A stretch of 64,000 nt of DNA, taken from the NCBI GenBank assembly GCA_013265495.1, contig MU058065.1, positions 496,001 through 560,000 on the forward strand, read 5' to 3'. A model generated the notes under the pieces. That model searched no databases. It had not been told where the DNA came from and saw only the letters and a program-made list of their open reading frames with translations. This DNA is from Vicugna vicugna (lineage: Eukaryota). Below, piece by piece: positions 12,050 through 25,510 of this stretch; the stretch's first letter is position 1, and the number at the start of each line of letters is the position of its first letter. A program made the translations under genes and the position numbers.

Positions 12050-12900
12050 ATTTTAATTTCTAAAACCAAGAGCAATACATGCTTTTTCTCAATTGCATTT
12101 TTACCTAACAATCCTACCAAAATATGTTTCAATATCTATACATTTGTGACATTTCAAATGGCTATGTGCTATCCACCTGTATCATTATATAGTGACATAA
12201 TTAATGAACTTAATCACTACTAATGAGCATTCATATTGCTTCTCATGATGTAGAACTGAATATCTTTGAATGTTATTTGCTTAAATATTTATTTGAAGGA
12301 TAGATTCCTACAAGTGAAATGTCTGTATCAATGTGGAGAGGTAAAATTTTATTTCATCTCCAAAGAAAACATAACAATTTTACACTTGTACCAAGAATAC
12401 ATGAAAATGACTGATCCCTGACATGAGCACTAACCCTATGTAATATTCATTCTTTTAAATTTTGCTGCTCTGAACTTTGATTGAATTTTCTTTTTTATTA
12501 TCAGTGAGTATAAACCTCTTCTCAGGAATATGTTGGCCATTTGCCCTCCTTTAGTGAATTGCCTTTTTATCTTCCTATGCTATTTTTATACTGTGATTTC
12601 TAAATGGTTTCTTTTCCTGATATGTATGAATTAATTGCATATTAAGGATATTAACACTCTGTCATAAATTGCCAATGCTCTTCTAGTGAGTCATTTGATT
12701 TTTTTGATTTTGTTTTTTTGTTTTGCCATGAAACATTTATTTTTAATGTAATCTGTCTCTTTCATTATGACTTCTGATATTGGCATCATGTTAGAAAAAG
12801 TAAAAGAAAAATTCCATCTTCTTCGTATTTATATTGTGTTAAGAACTTATGTTTATGTTTTGGAGCATATTATAGATGTTTGGGGAATGCTAAATATACA
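12050..12900 (-). mobile_element. Ancient L1 (L1ME-like) fragment
   Basis: ...gatagattcctacaagtgaaat..., ...aattttacacttgtaccaagaat..., ...ttggccatttg... Confidence 0.65.
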
Positions 12901-13876
12901 AGAAATTGATTTCAAATTGGCAATCCTAGAATAAGGTATCCATTTTTAATTGAAATAATATTTTAAAATTCAAACAATTTGTAGGGAACCCTTTAATCTT
13001 TTTATTTATTGTTTAAAGAGGAAAAAATAGTATTTTGAATTCTCTCATTTTGTATCAATGTTGATATTTTTAAAAATTACTCATCAAACGTATAAATGTA
13101 AGTTTTTTGTTCTTGGCATTTTTTTCTGCCATAAGAACCTGAATTCAATTATTTGTCTCCATAGTTAAAAAAAAAAGCAGATTTTAAAAGAAACAAAATA
13201 CTCTATTAAATGAGTAAATTTTTGTATTCAGTTTCACTTTGCTAAAATAAATAGAATTATAAGTTATTGCTGGTAAGTGAAGGGTAAAGATGTTATATAA
13301 ATTCACCATTTTGCTTGCACTTACAGTTGTTATAAAGTCATGAATTGAATAGGCACGTTGAGTATTTGTTAGTGATTTTACATTGAATTCTTCAGTCTTT
13401 GTTGAAAGGCATAGTCTAAGCGTTGTAAATTAAGATATTTTGCACTCAGAATTCATTATGTTTCTTTTCCTTATATTTCATGGAGATCAGGAATCTCTAA
13501 GAATTGTCTGTTTTTTAATACCTGCCTTCTTCCCCCAAAGCAGGCTTCCTAATGAGAGAATAAGAGAGTACAGAACACACAGGAGAGTAGACTAAAGCAG
13601 GTTGAAAAATAGTGAGAAATGATGGTGCTGGCTGAGCATCCCACCTGTGTGAGCCCTCCCTGCCCCCCCAGCCCTTCTAGGTCTCTAAGTCCAGGCATCT
13701 TGGTGGGGGCGTGCCAGGCTACTGCCACTGGAAATGCTGGTAGACCACCAACGAGAGGCGACTGTCGACTGAGCTCCCTAGAGCCTTCATTGGGAAACAA
13801 ACTGAGCACACAGTGGGCGATCTTTAAATTCCACTCCAAATAATGTTATTTACACAGTAAAGACAGAGTGCTCAAT

Positions 13877-13886
13877 GGGGCGGGGC
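13877..13886 (+). promoter_or_regulatory. GC box (Sp/KLF site)
   Basis: GGGGCGGGGC, followed by donor-like sites AG|gtaggc (13953) and AG|gtaaat (14023). Confidence 0.3.
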
Positions 13887-14123
13887 TGAAGGCCCTGAAT
13901 TAGCCACATCGATCTGGGCAAGTGATGGATATGTTCCCACCGCAGGGAAGAGGTAGGCAGAGTGAAGAGCTTTATCTTCTATTTAAAAACTCTGTGGATA
14001 AATCCATCAGGCTGTTTGACAGGTAAATTACACAAGATTCCAGCTTCCAAGGAGCCTAACTCATATTCCTACCAGGCAGCAACACATCACGATCTTTTCC
14101 ATCCACCCGGGCTTCTCTTTCAG

Positions 14124-14369
14124 GAACTTAGCTGGCTCGGAAACCAGCCTCAGAATTTACGCCTCTCGGTCTTCCTCACGGTCAGAGCCAAGTCTCTGAG
14201 AGCCACCCACCGCTGCTGCCGTTTCTCCTGGCGGTGGCTATTCCTGGAACAGGCAGGCTTTTCTTCTTGGACAACCCACCCAAAGGGTAACTCATCCCTT
14301 CGCTGGGCTTGGAGCAAGCTGTGGCGGTTACAAGGCACATTTGGATCTCTGATGGATCATGACATTGAA
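14124..14369 (+). other. Candidate spliced exon (246 nt)
   Basis: Acceptor cttttccatccacccgggcttctctttcag| and donor GAA|gtaagt; frame 0 is open for 82 codons; ATGs at 14352 and 14359 near the 3' end; product not recognised. Confidence 0.45.
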
Positions 14370-15399
14370 GTAAGTGAATTTCATTTGGGGACAGAGACTC
14401 CCAATGCTTCCCACTTACTTGCACTATAATTGAAGAAGAAAACACAGCCCTAGACAAAATGAACAAACAAACATACAAACAATCACGTAAATAAATAACT
14501 TCAGAAGTCACTTTCCGTGCAGGAAGGAACTAAACAATTATATATTATACTTATTGAGTGTGTAGTGGGTCTAGGTGCTTGAGACCCAAGAGTGAAGGGT
14601 GAATAATAAATCTGAGACCTTGTCCACAAGGAATAAAATCCTCACACCTCATGTATATGTCTTAAAGTGCTAATATCTCATGAGATTGCAAACTCGGGGC
14701 AATGTGCTGGTTACAGCAGAGAAATACATGTGAATGACACCAGGAACTTCTCCCTAACCTCCTCCTCTTCCTCATAGTGGCCATTGTCTCTTTAGTGTTT
14801 TCCATGAGCCCAGCTCTGGACTAAACACTTTAGTCTAATGTAAGCCTTGTGCAATCTTATCAGTTATTTGTCCTTAGTCTGACTTCTCGGGTGAGAAGTT
14901 TGATGCTCAGGATGTTTCATCCATCCCTTCTGCATTTCAACTAATACTAAGTGTCAGGTCTGTGTCAGATGCTGTTCTGGGTCTTGCCCCAGAGGTCTGG
15001 GGGCTCCAAACTCTCTCAGCAACCAGGCTGGGCCACTATTCACATCGCCTTCTCCTGGGAGATGTGTCCCATTCCACGCTAGAGATGTAGGTCTAGACTG
15101 GGCCATAATTAGGGGCTCTTGAAAGAGATCAGCACTTAACAGTAAACTGAACAGCTTGTCTCCTGGCAGATTCTGTTATGGTTCTGGATTCCCATTTGAG
15201 GACCAGAACTTTGATTGCTTTGGGCCCTCACTTTGTGTCTGAGCCTGTGTCTTGCTCTGAGGAACCTGCCTGATATGTTGTCTTGATAAGCCACCTGGTG
15301 TTCTGGCGGTGCTTAACTTGAGGTGCTGTCTGGCTGTCACCAATCCTCTAGGGCTAGATTGCTGTGCTCTCACTCCCCACCTCCGTAAGGTCTGCTCAC

Positions 15400-15600
15400 A
15401 GCTCAGGGCTGTGTGTGTGGTCCCCTGAGTCTCCCAGTCACGTGACAGACATGCAGAAATTTAAGGGCCACCCTTGACTCCTTTCTCTCCTTTACCCCAC
15501 ATGAAATCCACCAAAAATGCCTGTTTAGTCCACCATCAACATAGCCCTGAATCTATCCATGTCTATCTCCTGGCTCATGATGTCATCATTCATTAATGAT
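15400..15600 (+). mobile_element. L2 fragment
   Basis: ...cttgactcctttctctcctttacccccacatgaaatcc...ccctgaatctatcc... L2-like. Confidence 0.55.
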
Positions 15601-15639
15601 GACAGAATGTCCACATACATACCCTTCTCCTGTATCAGT

Positions 15640-16090
15640 CAGGACTCTGTCAGGTGTAAGTGACAGATGCCTGTATATTTATTAAAAATAATTTGGAAAG
15701 AGGCAGTAGTGACTCACATACCTGGGGACTACAGGGGCTGGCTAGTTTCCATTCTAGCCTCAATTCAGGTGCTTAGATGAGGCCACCAGGATGCTGTCTG
15801 TCTCCATCTCTCTCTATTCTACCTGCCTTGGCTTTGACTTTATTCTCAGGCAGACTCTTTTGTCACATGGTAAAATTAATCAGTGGCCATTTCAGACTTA
15901 TAAAGTCCTTAAGATGTAAAACTCAGAAGATGAAAAACATGTGTTCTGTCAAGAACAATATCCATTCCCCACAGAAGCTTCTAACTTGGTTTTGCTCGGG
16001 TAACTGGCCCACATGGATCAATCTCTACAGCTGGGGAAGTGAGTGGCTCTAATTGGCCATTTTGCATAACACACTCATCCCTTTAGGGGA
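15640..16090. mobile_element. Old MaLR LTR (MLT1J/K-like)
   Basis: Begins tgtatcagtcaggactc; internal ggctttgactttattctcaggcagactc and aattggcca motifs. Confidence 0.6.
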
Positions 16091-16860
16091 AGAGGCCAGG
16101 CCTTGTGATTCAAAGCTCTGCTGCATGGAAATGGGACAGATGAAAAAGCAGAGCTGTTCACTGCCATCCTTGGCTCCCAGAAGTTACAGAATAAGAAATA
16201 GCTTTCTAACCTCTATTACTTATTTTCACTAATTAAAAAATTTAATAGTAGTGATTTTTTAAAGAACATATGAATGAAAAGTAATTATGTTAACTTGTAT
16301 GCAGCAATAAACCGCAGTAAACCATGATGTTTTTTCCCTGCCAAGGACTGATAAACAGCTTTATGGAAGGAAATAATCAGACAGTATCCATTAATGGTTT
16401 GTCCAAAAAACACCATGCCGGTCAGTGCCTTTCAATCTATCAACTTTTAATTTAGGAAGTTCCGGTGTTTGGGCTCAGTGTCCCGTATTTCATCCTGCAT
16501 ATTTTCTGGCAGTAGAAAAAAAATAAAGTGCTTCTGTTTCTATCAACCCTTTGGAATTAATTTATTTTCAGAATATCATTTAAAAGTATGTTTTTAAAGG
16601 AATAATCCACTAGGTAAGATATTCTTCTATTTTCTAGAGTAATCATACAAGGTCATGTTATGATTAATTTAATATTCTGATTAAGTTCGAGTTACCCAAA
16701 ATACCATGGATTCCCATTCACTCTCTTTACAAATAATAGGCTTTGAAAAATTGAATCTTTCATATGTGGTTTGGGAGGGACTTCAGACACATGTGTTCTT
16801 TAATTTGAGCATCACAATTAAGGAACTGAGAAAAAAATTTGGACTTTCTGATTATTTAAA

Positions 16861-17072
16861 TCGGGGCCCAGCAAACATTTTCCATAAAGGGCTAGATAGT
16901 AAATATTTTAGGCTTTGCAGGTGATAATTGTCTTTATGTTAACTACTCAAAAGGGCAGCAAAGGCTGTCATAGACAATAAGTAAATGAACGGGCGTGGCT
17001 GTGTTCCAACAGAACTCTGTTTACAAAAACAGGCAGCAGGTGGATTGGCCCATGGACGCTGGTTTAAATTCT
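16861..17072 (+). mobile_element. MER58A (hAT-Charlie MITE)
   Basis: aaagggctagatagtaaatattttaggctttgc...ggcgtggctgtgttccaa...tttacaaaaacaggcagc...ttggccc. Confidence 0.9.
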
Positions 17073-17149
17073 GCATAGACAAAATTTATGATTGTTAATC
17101 TGTGGTCATGGTCAAATGTTGTTTAACTGTTTACAGTTTGCCTTGATAG

Positions 17150-17345
17150 CGTGATTTAAGGAAGAGAACCCTGGAGAAGGAATCAGGAGCTCAAGGGGTT
17201 TCTAGGTGTAAATGCTGACTTTAGTCCCATTGCTTGATCCCACCAAAACTCGATTTTCTAAATTGTAAAATAGAGCTAGCCATGACAATTCTACCAATTT
17301 TAAGGAGCTGTTTGGGGGAATCAAATAAGGGAATGGCCAGGAGAG
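17150..17345 (+). mobile_element. MIR SINE
   Basis: ...ttttctaaattgtaaaatagagctag...ctgtttgggggaatcaaataag... Confidence 0.55.
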
Positions 17346-17462
17346 GGAATTGAACACATAAAAGTTTCTGGCCACTATAAGGTATTATGATTTTAATTTT
17401 ATGGTATTGCCCTTGTCAAAATATGTGAAGAAAAGGGAAATACATCGGAAAAAAAAGCACTG

Positions 17463-17890
17463 TGTGTATCAGTTAGGGACTCTATAAAAACATGACACAA
17501 CACATTAAGGTAATTTTTGGAAGGTTTAATGAAGGGACTATTTAGAAAGATATGGGAAAAATATGAAGAAATTCAAGGGACAATGCAGGGTTCTGGCGTG
17601 AGCAACCTCAGAACTTTGCTGTCCTGGGATCCAGAAGCAGGAAGGATGCAGAGAATGCTTCCATTAGAGTAGCCACGCCCTGTGGTCCAGCGAAACGACT
17701 CACCTAAGATGACCCAGGGGGACAAATATCCTACCCTCCCACTCTTTCCCTTTGATCTCTTGTTGATGCCTCCAATTGGTAGGACCCAACCAGACACCAC
17801 CCTGCAGGTTAGAAACCGAGGGCAGAGAGCAAGGAGAATGGCAATTAAGAGAAGACATGGCGGCATGAATAGAAGCCATTCAAAGTGATG
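17463..17890. mobile_element. Old ERVL-type LTR (family uncertain)
   Basis: Starts tgtatcagttagggactc...aaggtttaatgaagggactattt, an LTR-like end. Confidence 0.5.
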
Positions 17891-18869
17891 TATCTTCTCT
17901 GCAAGTCTGTACACAGATTATCAATGACATCCTGCCTGCTACATTTCTCTCCTTTTCCTTTCATGGCAAGTTTATTTGTTGTAAGTATTATCATCAACTA
18001 AAATCCATTTTTTAAGTTATACAGAACAAAGAGAAGATTTAATTTGTACAAGTCAGAATACTGTGGAACTAAATAAAGTTAGGTACAAAGTTTAAAAATA
18101 GCCTATAGATAAGCTAACAATTTGGTAAAAATTAAAAAGTGGATAAAACATTTTGCGTTACCTGTCCTTTACCTTTTCATTGAATTGGTGTGTTCTCTAC
18201 TACCATATATAATTATATTTACATTGCAGTGAAGGGGAAAATCTGGTAAAAGTTATGATGGATTTTTGTAAATGCTTGGGCCAATTTGAAAAAACAAAAA
18301 CCCTTTCTTTTGTTACTAATAAAAAATTATTGGTTACAAATTTGGTAAGTATACATATTTAGATTCATTTTGTCACATTTATCAACCCAAATTCCAGTAA
18401 CTACAGGTTTCGATTTGCTTTTAACAATAAACTCAAATTTTAAGTGAAAGATGCTATTTCTTAAAAGTCTGTATAAAAAAAATCGATTTGTCAGTTTCCC
18501 CGCCACGCCCAGGATGAGCCTCTGCTTATCTCTGTCTGTGATGCCCTTGAGTCTGAACCAGAGTCCAGCACTGGGTGTGAGGAAGGACCTGGCACTTTGG
18601 AGGCTCCTTCAAACCCAGAGATAACACGAAGCCCAGGCTTAGGATGGAAACTAAGACACCGGACATCGTGGGGTCCTGATTAACCAGAACACAGTTCATT
18701 TTTATTGAGTAAGTGTAATCAAGGAAAGAAAGAGGGTCACAGTACTTCCACGGAAAAGGCAGAAAGGAAAGTGTCTTCCTGGTCAACTCTCAATTTTCAG
18801 AACTCATTTACAGTTGAATGACCCAGATGCTGCATCCCTTGAGCATTTTGATTAAAGGCAATTCCTGCA

Positions 18870-19170
18870 CGTGTGTCTTCTTCTTCTGATCTTCTTTGAG
18901 TGATCCCCATGTCACACCTTCAGAAAGGATTTCCTTGACCATTCTAATCAAAGAAAGGTTGTTACAGCCATTTAGGTACAAGCATATAGTATAGGCTGAT
19001 CCGTATAGGTTTTATTTTAAATAGTAATTATTCTAAATTCCTTGCTTACTTGGTTCTTTGTCTCTCTCGCCTACCTGACTGTAGACTTGTGACTTGTTCC
19101 CCACTGGAACTCTTATACTAGCCTCAGTACATGGCATGAAGTGGATGCTCAGGAGATATGCTCTTGAATA
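18870..19170 (+). mobile_element. L2 3' end
   Basis: ...cagaaaggatttccttgacc...gactgtagact...cagtacatggcatgaagtggatgctcagg...gaataaatg. Confidence 0.7.
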
Positions 19171-19679
19171 AATGGAGGTTTTATCCACAGGTGAAGGGCC
19201 AGTCAACACGGCAGCCTACTGCACACACGGGAGGGTAGAGCAGTTGATAGACGTGTCTGAAAATCTGTCCTAATGTAGTCTGGAAAGAAACTGGGCTTCC
19301 TATATTACCGACGTGCCTTCTTCATTATCATAGACAATGGAGGCGCCTGTGAAAAGTGGCTTGTGAAAAGAATGCATATGTCAAGTTCTAAAATATTCAG
19401 TGTCACAAATCATGAGAATTGACACACAGACAAAAATCTATGTAAATGAATCACTGATCAAAGATAAGCTTGTTAGGAAAGCAGACTCTCCACACACCAA
19501 TCTATACGTTTCTGAGGTTTTCACTGCATTATTCATCTATAGAAAGTGTTCGTGGGTCTTGGCATTTACTTTTAAGAAAAGTGTGTAATAAATAGACTTT
19601 GGAACGGTCTTCTCAAATGTATTCTAAGGGCAAGATTTACAACATTTGGGGCTAAGACAACTTGGCATACGATCTTTAA

Positions 19680-19900
19680 ACAAATGGGTTCTGGAATCGA
19701 ACTGCTGGGTTTAAAAATCAGGTGCTATGTGTTTTATAAGCTCACTAAGCCTCAGCTTTCTCAAGAATAAAATTGGGAGAATGATATGATAATAGCACGT
19801 GTCTCTGTGTGTGTGTGTCTGTGTGTGTGTAAAAGAGAGAGAGAAAAAGAGAGAACAGACAATCTTGATGAAACTGCTTGGCACAGTGTTTGGTACATAA
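19680..19900 (+). mobile_element. MIR SINE containing a (TG)/(AG) simple repeat
   Basis: ggttctggaatcgaactgctgggttt...ctaagcctcagctttctc...cttggcacagtgtttggtacataa. Confidence 0.75.
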
Positions 19901-20269
19901 TTTTTTCATAACTAATACAATTTTATTTGGGTTTAATTAGATGGATTGGTTTTCTAAAGTTTGCTAGAACATCTATTTGTAAGAACATATTTCTCTTCCA
20001 TTTATATCTTACTTTTATTCTGTCTTCTAATTTACTTTAAAATGCAATTATTACTTGACTCTTTTAGGAGAAGGCAGGCCACTGTCTCAGAAAAGTTGAA
20101 GACAAAGCATATAGCCTCACAGGGCATGTGTGTGCTGGTGGTGGGGTGTGGGTGAGTGAGCCATTTAGGAAATGATCTCATCCAATGAAATCACTGTCAT
20201 CTTTTAGATTAGTCGTCATCTTGGGAAACACAGATTCCAGCGCCCAGCAGGGATTGTGTGTTTGATTGA

Positions 20270-20754
20270 TTGATGGCATTAACGGTCATAATTCTTCAGC
20301 CATCTCTGTAACCATTCTCTTTGCCACATGACTTGCAGTGCCTCTCATGAAATAGGTAGAACCTGTTTCCCCACCCTCTTCATTGTGAGCTGGCCACACA
20401 TCTTGCTCTGGACATAAGAATGTCAGCAGATCTGACTCCTGTAGAAACTTGCAAAAAACTTTTATACATTTCTGTTTCTCCTCTTGTCCCCTGTCTTCTC
20501 ATGAAAACATGCCTGGACAGAGCTGAGATGTTTGAAATAGTCATCCTTGACAAAGCCATCTGAGATCAGACAGTTAATTCCAGTCAACCCCTACACAGTC
20601 AGGAGCTCCAGGTGAGACCAGGAGAATGTGCAGCTTGGCTCAGCCTAAATCACCCAACTGAAGATTTGAGAACCAGATAAATATTCATTGTTTTAAGTCA
20701 TTGATAGTTGGAACAGTTTGTTACTGGGCATTATTACGGAAATATATAACTGAC
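20270..20754 (+). mobile_element. MaLR LTR (MLT1G/H-like)
   Basis: tttgccacatgacttgcagtgcctc...; terminal ataaatattcattgttttaagtcattg...tttgttac...taactgaca. Confidence 0.8.
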
Positions 20755-20899
20755 ATTGAATATGAGATGAATAGTCTCATGGAACCCTGTGTAGAATCTT
20801 TCCAACTTATAACTGATTATATCATGCCATACCTAAATGGCTCTGTGTTAGCTGAGCTCTGCCTATGTCATCGACTACATCCCTTTTTCTCCTGATACC

Positions 20900-21270
20900 C
20901 CAAACAGTAGTATGCTCCTCTCAAAATTGTACTTATACTTCTGAATACAGCATATTATATCAGTCTTAGGCCTTAGGTTTTGCTACCTGGAAAGCCTTCG
21001 TCTACTCCTCATGAATTAAATTTCCCACTTGTCCCTTGGTTCTTATTTTAAGAATTTTTTTTTTTTTTTTTGGAAAACCTACCTAGGCCAATTAAGAGAC
21101 AGTTAGGTGATTCTCCTCTGGGTGCTTTTAGCAGTCTGTTTTACTTTTCCAGTTCTTATCATATGTTGGTGTCATTGCCTCTTTCCTGGCTTTCATTTTG
21201 TGTTTTGTGAATGATGATGTTCTCAGTATGAAGTTCAGTGCATGGCACACAGTATGTGGTCAACTAATGG
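20900..21270 (+). mobile_element. L2 3' end
   Basis: ...ctacctggaaagccttc...cagtgcatggcacacagtatgtggtcaactaatg. Confidence 0.55.
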
Positions 21271-23975
21271 ACGTTAAAGGACCAAAGGGATAGATGTTGA
21301 ATTCATGGGCAAATGGGGAAAGGATGATATTGTGAGGGCCCTAGGCCCCAGGACAAAGATGTAGTGGAGTTGACAGGAAGGAAAATGTTAGGCTCAGCTG
21401 CAAGTTGATAATCTTCGAACCCCATAGACTAGCCTTCCACGCTGCAGACCTTTTATACAGGCTTCAAGGAAAGGTCAAACCCCACCCAGATTGCTAAAAT
21501 AAAAGCAGAATTCTTGGTTCATTGGTAAATCATCTAAAACGGTCAACCTGAATGGCATCTGCAAACTAGATAGCATGGATGGGGCTTTCATTCCTTCTCT
21601 ACATAAATTAAAGAGAATGAAAAAGTAAGTCTTGTTTAGAACTACTTTTACAAAGAGTCACTTCCAAATTTGGGATATTATTTTAGACATTGAATGTACA
21701 GATTAGAAAAAGAAAACAAAGGCAGAAACAAGTGAAGGACACAAACTTTTTGCAATAAAGCTCTGTTCCTATGTTAGCAGGAGAATTCATGAGTCAGTGA
21801 TTTGGAAATGTATAATCTTATGGTCAGAGGATTTTAGATAAGGGAAAAATCCTCAGGTGTATCTAACCCAGTGTGTTTTGCAAACCAGTGGAACACATGT
21901 TTGATGCCCTATGTCTATTCTGACTCACATCTGCTCCAGCAATTAGAATTCAACTCCAATTCTTCCCTTTGGACTCCCTACACTTCCATTTTCTTGAGAA
22001 TTTAGACCATTAAATTTTGTAGTTTTGACTCACTGGTTGAGTTCACCCTTTCTCCCTTTTCAAATCAAGAAAATAATTCCCAGAAGTTGCAAAGTCCCAA
22101 GTTAACCCAAATGCTAACGAGAAAGGTAAAATCTGGTTCTGAAAACTTGCAGCTCACCCAGTGCTTTTTTTCACCGTGATGCACTCTCTTTGACCCCTTT
22201 CCTCACACATTCCAGTGGGTTGTGCAGAATCTGCATGGCTGGAATGAATACAAGTGGAAGGGGAAGTTAAATCCATCTAAACTTTAAAATGTAGGGGAGA
22301 TTTAACATCCTTATGTCCTTTGGAATGCTATGGTGCATTTATGGTTCATGTAGTCAGCAAACTAAAGGTCGGGCTTGAGCTGTTGTTCAGCGTAGAGTGT
22401 GTCGTAACATTGACAGGCTATATTTATACAGCAGTGCTAAAACATTAAAATAAACATATACCACTGTTGATCTTAACAAATGTATGCACAGCAGCTGATA
22501 GAGTTAACATCAGTTTTTGAACTTGTAATTGTTTACTCATATGCTGCAAAAGGCAGTTTTCCCAAAATATTATAATTTGGCACTTCTATAAATTTTTTGG
22601 AAGAGGAGAAAATAATATGTTTAATATTGGTAAGCCTTGATTTCTGGAGTATATTAGTGAGGGAAAAAATAAGGGATCTGACTACCAATCAGCTCTTCGA
22701 CCAGTTTTATGGGAATTCCATCACTACAAGTCTTTCTGGGTAGTAATTTTTGCTTCTCTGAGTGCTAAAGGAATAAATACCTCATGCGCTCTAATTTCTC
22801 ACAAGGGAGAATGTCATGGTTCTATGGTCTTTGAATCTGTAGGGTAATATATTACTTGTACTCCAGATCTGTGCCCAGATTTCTCTTGTCTCTTGTGCCC
22901 CAGGAACCCCAATCTCCTGCCAACCGGTTTCAAGCCCTGTTTCACTTTCTGCTCACATCTCCAAAGCTAATGCTGTAGCTTGTACACATCTCTTAAGAAG
23001 AACTGCCTCCATGAGAAGGAATGATCTTTCTCAAGGTGGCAATTCTTTGGTTCAAATGGTATGAACCTCTCAGCCCTAAAAAGGTCACCTTGTTACATCC
23101 AGGTTAGAGTGCTTTCAGATGAGGTCATTGACAGAGGAGCACATCTGGTAGCTATTCCGTACAGCTCCACTGGCTCCTGCTCCCCATGACCCACACTCTG
23201 TGTTTCACAGCTATGTACATGTCCTTCCTGTCCTCTCCCTGTCCCTGCCTCTCTGAGGAGCTGACAGCCTTCAGTTTCCCTGCTAATATTGAATCTTGAA
23301 TCTTATGCCTAATGATCAGGGAGCATTCCTCTTTCCAAGCAGTTGAACATATTTCATGTATATTGCATCTCTGGTACCCTTCCTTGACATCCAAGAACTC
23401 CTGAGATTCTTCTTTCGTCTTTTATACTGATAATGTTTTCCCAGGTGAATTTCTCACAGTATTTCAATGATGCGCTACAGGCAATGTTTAAACTAGATAT
23501 ATGTACACGATTTTATGAGAGGGCTATGTAACCAGCATAAGGGCAGTATATCATTTGACAGGTTTCCCATACTCTAGATTTATCAAAAGATTTTAAGTTG
23601 TCACCGAGAGAACTTTAATCCATATTCTTCTTAACAATCTCTTCCTAGACTACTTTTCCCATCAAATCTCCTACAGGTTTTCCTCCCTTCTAGTTCTCTG
23701 TCTGTACTCGACTCCTCCCCACGTTCATTTGCAGTAGGCATTTGGTTTGCTTTTACTCATAGTGCTCCCAACCCTGAAATGCCTTTCCTGGATTTTCTAC
23801 TTATTAAAGTTGATTCAAATGACAGGGCCCAGGGCAGATGTCCCAGGAGATATGAGCAAATCCTCCTTTATGTTTCAACCAGAAGTCGGTGTTTCCTCCT
23901 CAGTTCTCCCACCATAAGTTGCTCACACTGCAAAGACTTGATTTATCCTATCATGGACTGTTATTTGTGTTTTGT

Positions 23976-24038
23976 GTGTGTATGTGTGTGTGTGTGTGTA
24001 TCTATATATATATATATATATATATAGATAGATAGATA
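23976..24038. repeat. Compound microsatellite (TG)n(TA)n(GATA)n
   Basis: Directly visible. Confidence 0.95.
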
Positions 24039-25399
24039 TAAAATACATGTGTATGTGTATCTTTACTATTTAATATTATGTATTTATATTATACATCTAC
24101 CTTTATCTATATAATATTATCATGGATTCACACAGGGTCTTAAAAGTGGGAGACTCTCAACAACTATTTATTAAACAAATACACATTTTGTGATAGGTAA
24201 TTGGACAAATGACTATTTCAAACCAGTTTGATTGGATTATTTTAATGAAGAAACATTAAAATGAGCAGACATGACTACCCTAACTGTTGCTGTTGACTAT
24301 GATTCTCATGAAAGTAACCCATGTCTTCTAGAAGTGTAGATTCACTCCGAATTACCTAAACACAATTTTAACAAAGTACTAAATTCTGGACCATGTAGTT
24401 CACAGAAAAATGGAAAATAGTAAAAACTCTTGCTGATAAAGCTCAAGATAAATTCAAGAGTGTCTGTGGGACATTTTTTTCCTCCTTCTTAATGTGCTGT
24501 CCCAGTTTAACCAACTGTTTGTGCAAGCCTTTGTGTCATGCAGCACCATAGTAGGGAAAAGACAAGAAGTTGAACACTGAACAGAGATGAAAATTTTGTA
24601 TTCTAACAAGAACTATGGCTTTTCACTTTAATAATAGAAAGATAGCAAAGAAACAAATAAAAGAAGACCTAAAAAAAGAAAAAGAGATCAGAAAGATGCT
24701 GCCGACTGATGGGTATAATTTCTGAGCTGAAAAATTAGGCAGAAGGAAAATCAGAGTTAGCTCCCGACTTTCATGTGCTGAACACAAAACCAGAGACACG
24801 AAAGAAGCAGCCTGGGAAAGCATTTCCATCTACAAAGAATTTAGCCTCTGCCGGCTACTTAGTGCCTTCTTCAGTGTTCTGTGCCCTCTATCGGTTGCTC
24901 CAGGGGACCCAGGACAAGATAGAGAATTTTGACTAGATGAAGTAATGGAGAAATCACCCACGGTGATCATCTATTGAATTGTTTTCATCATAGTCTGAAT
25001 TGTAAAGAGACTAAGGGGCAAGACAGTACTGCATCATTATGGAATCCAGCTGGATTTAGATGGATTGGTTCCTGGTTTGTGAAAAGTGTTTGCTCATGAG
25101 CAATGTTAGAATAAAGAAGCTTATTTGCCACAAAGCTGCTGTGAGGAAGCAACGTGAGTTTCACAGAGGAGGAATTTGGGACTAATAAAGAAAAGCTTTG
25201 CACACAACAATATCAACCTTCCTGCGGCAAGTAACAGTGTCTGCAGTATTTAAGGACGTTTAGTCAGCTGTTGTTACACGGCTTCAGGACTGAGAAAAGA
25301 GGTCTCTTTGATGGATGTGGCTTCAGAAGCACCGTTTCACATCTGACTTTCAGTACACGAATGGAATGTTGATGCTCACGGTTGGAAATAAAGGGGAAG

Positions 25400-25510
25400 A
25401 TTATCCTAATTTAAAATTGGATAATGATACTTACATTATAAAGTTGTTACAACAATTAAATAAGATCCTGTATAAAGTGCTTAGCAGTGCACTAGGGGTG
25501 AGTCATTTTC
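25400..25510 (+). mobile_element. MIR 3' fragment
   Basis: aaaattggataatgatacttac...gtataaagtgcttagcagtgcact. Confidence 0.6.

Noticed and set aside
13962-14429. 155-aa single-exon ORF
   Set aside because: It begins at a non-ATG codon, runs through the splice signals at both ends of the 14124-14369 exon candidate, and resembles no known protein.
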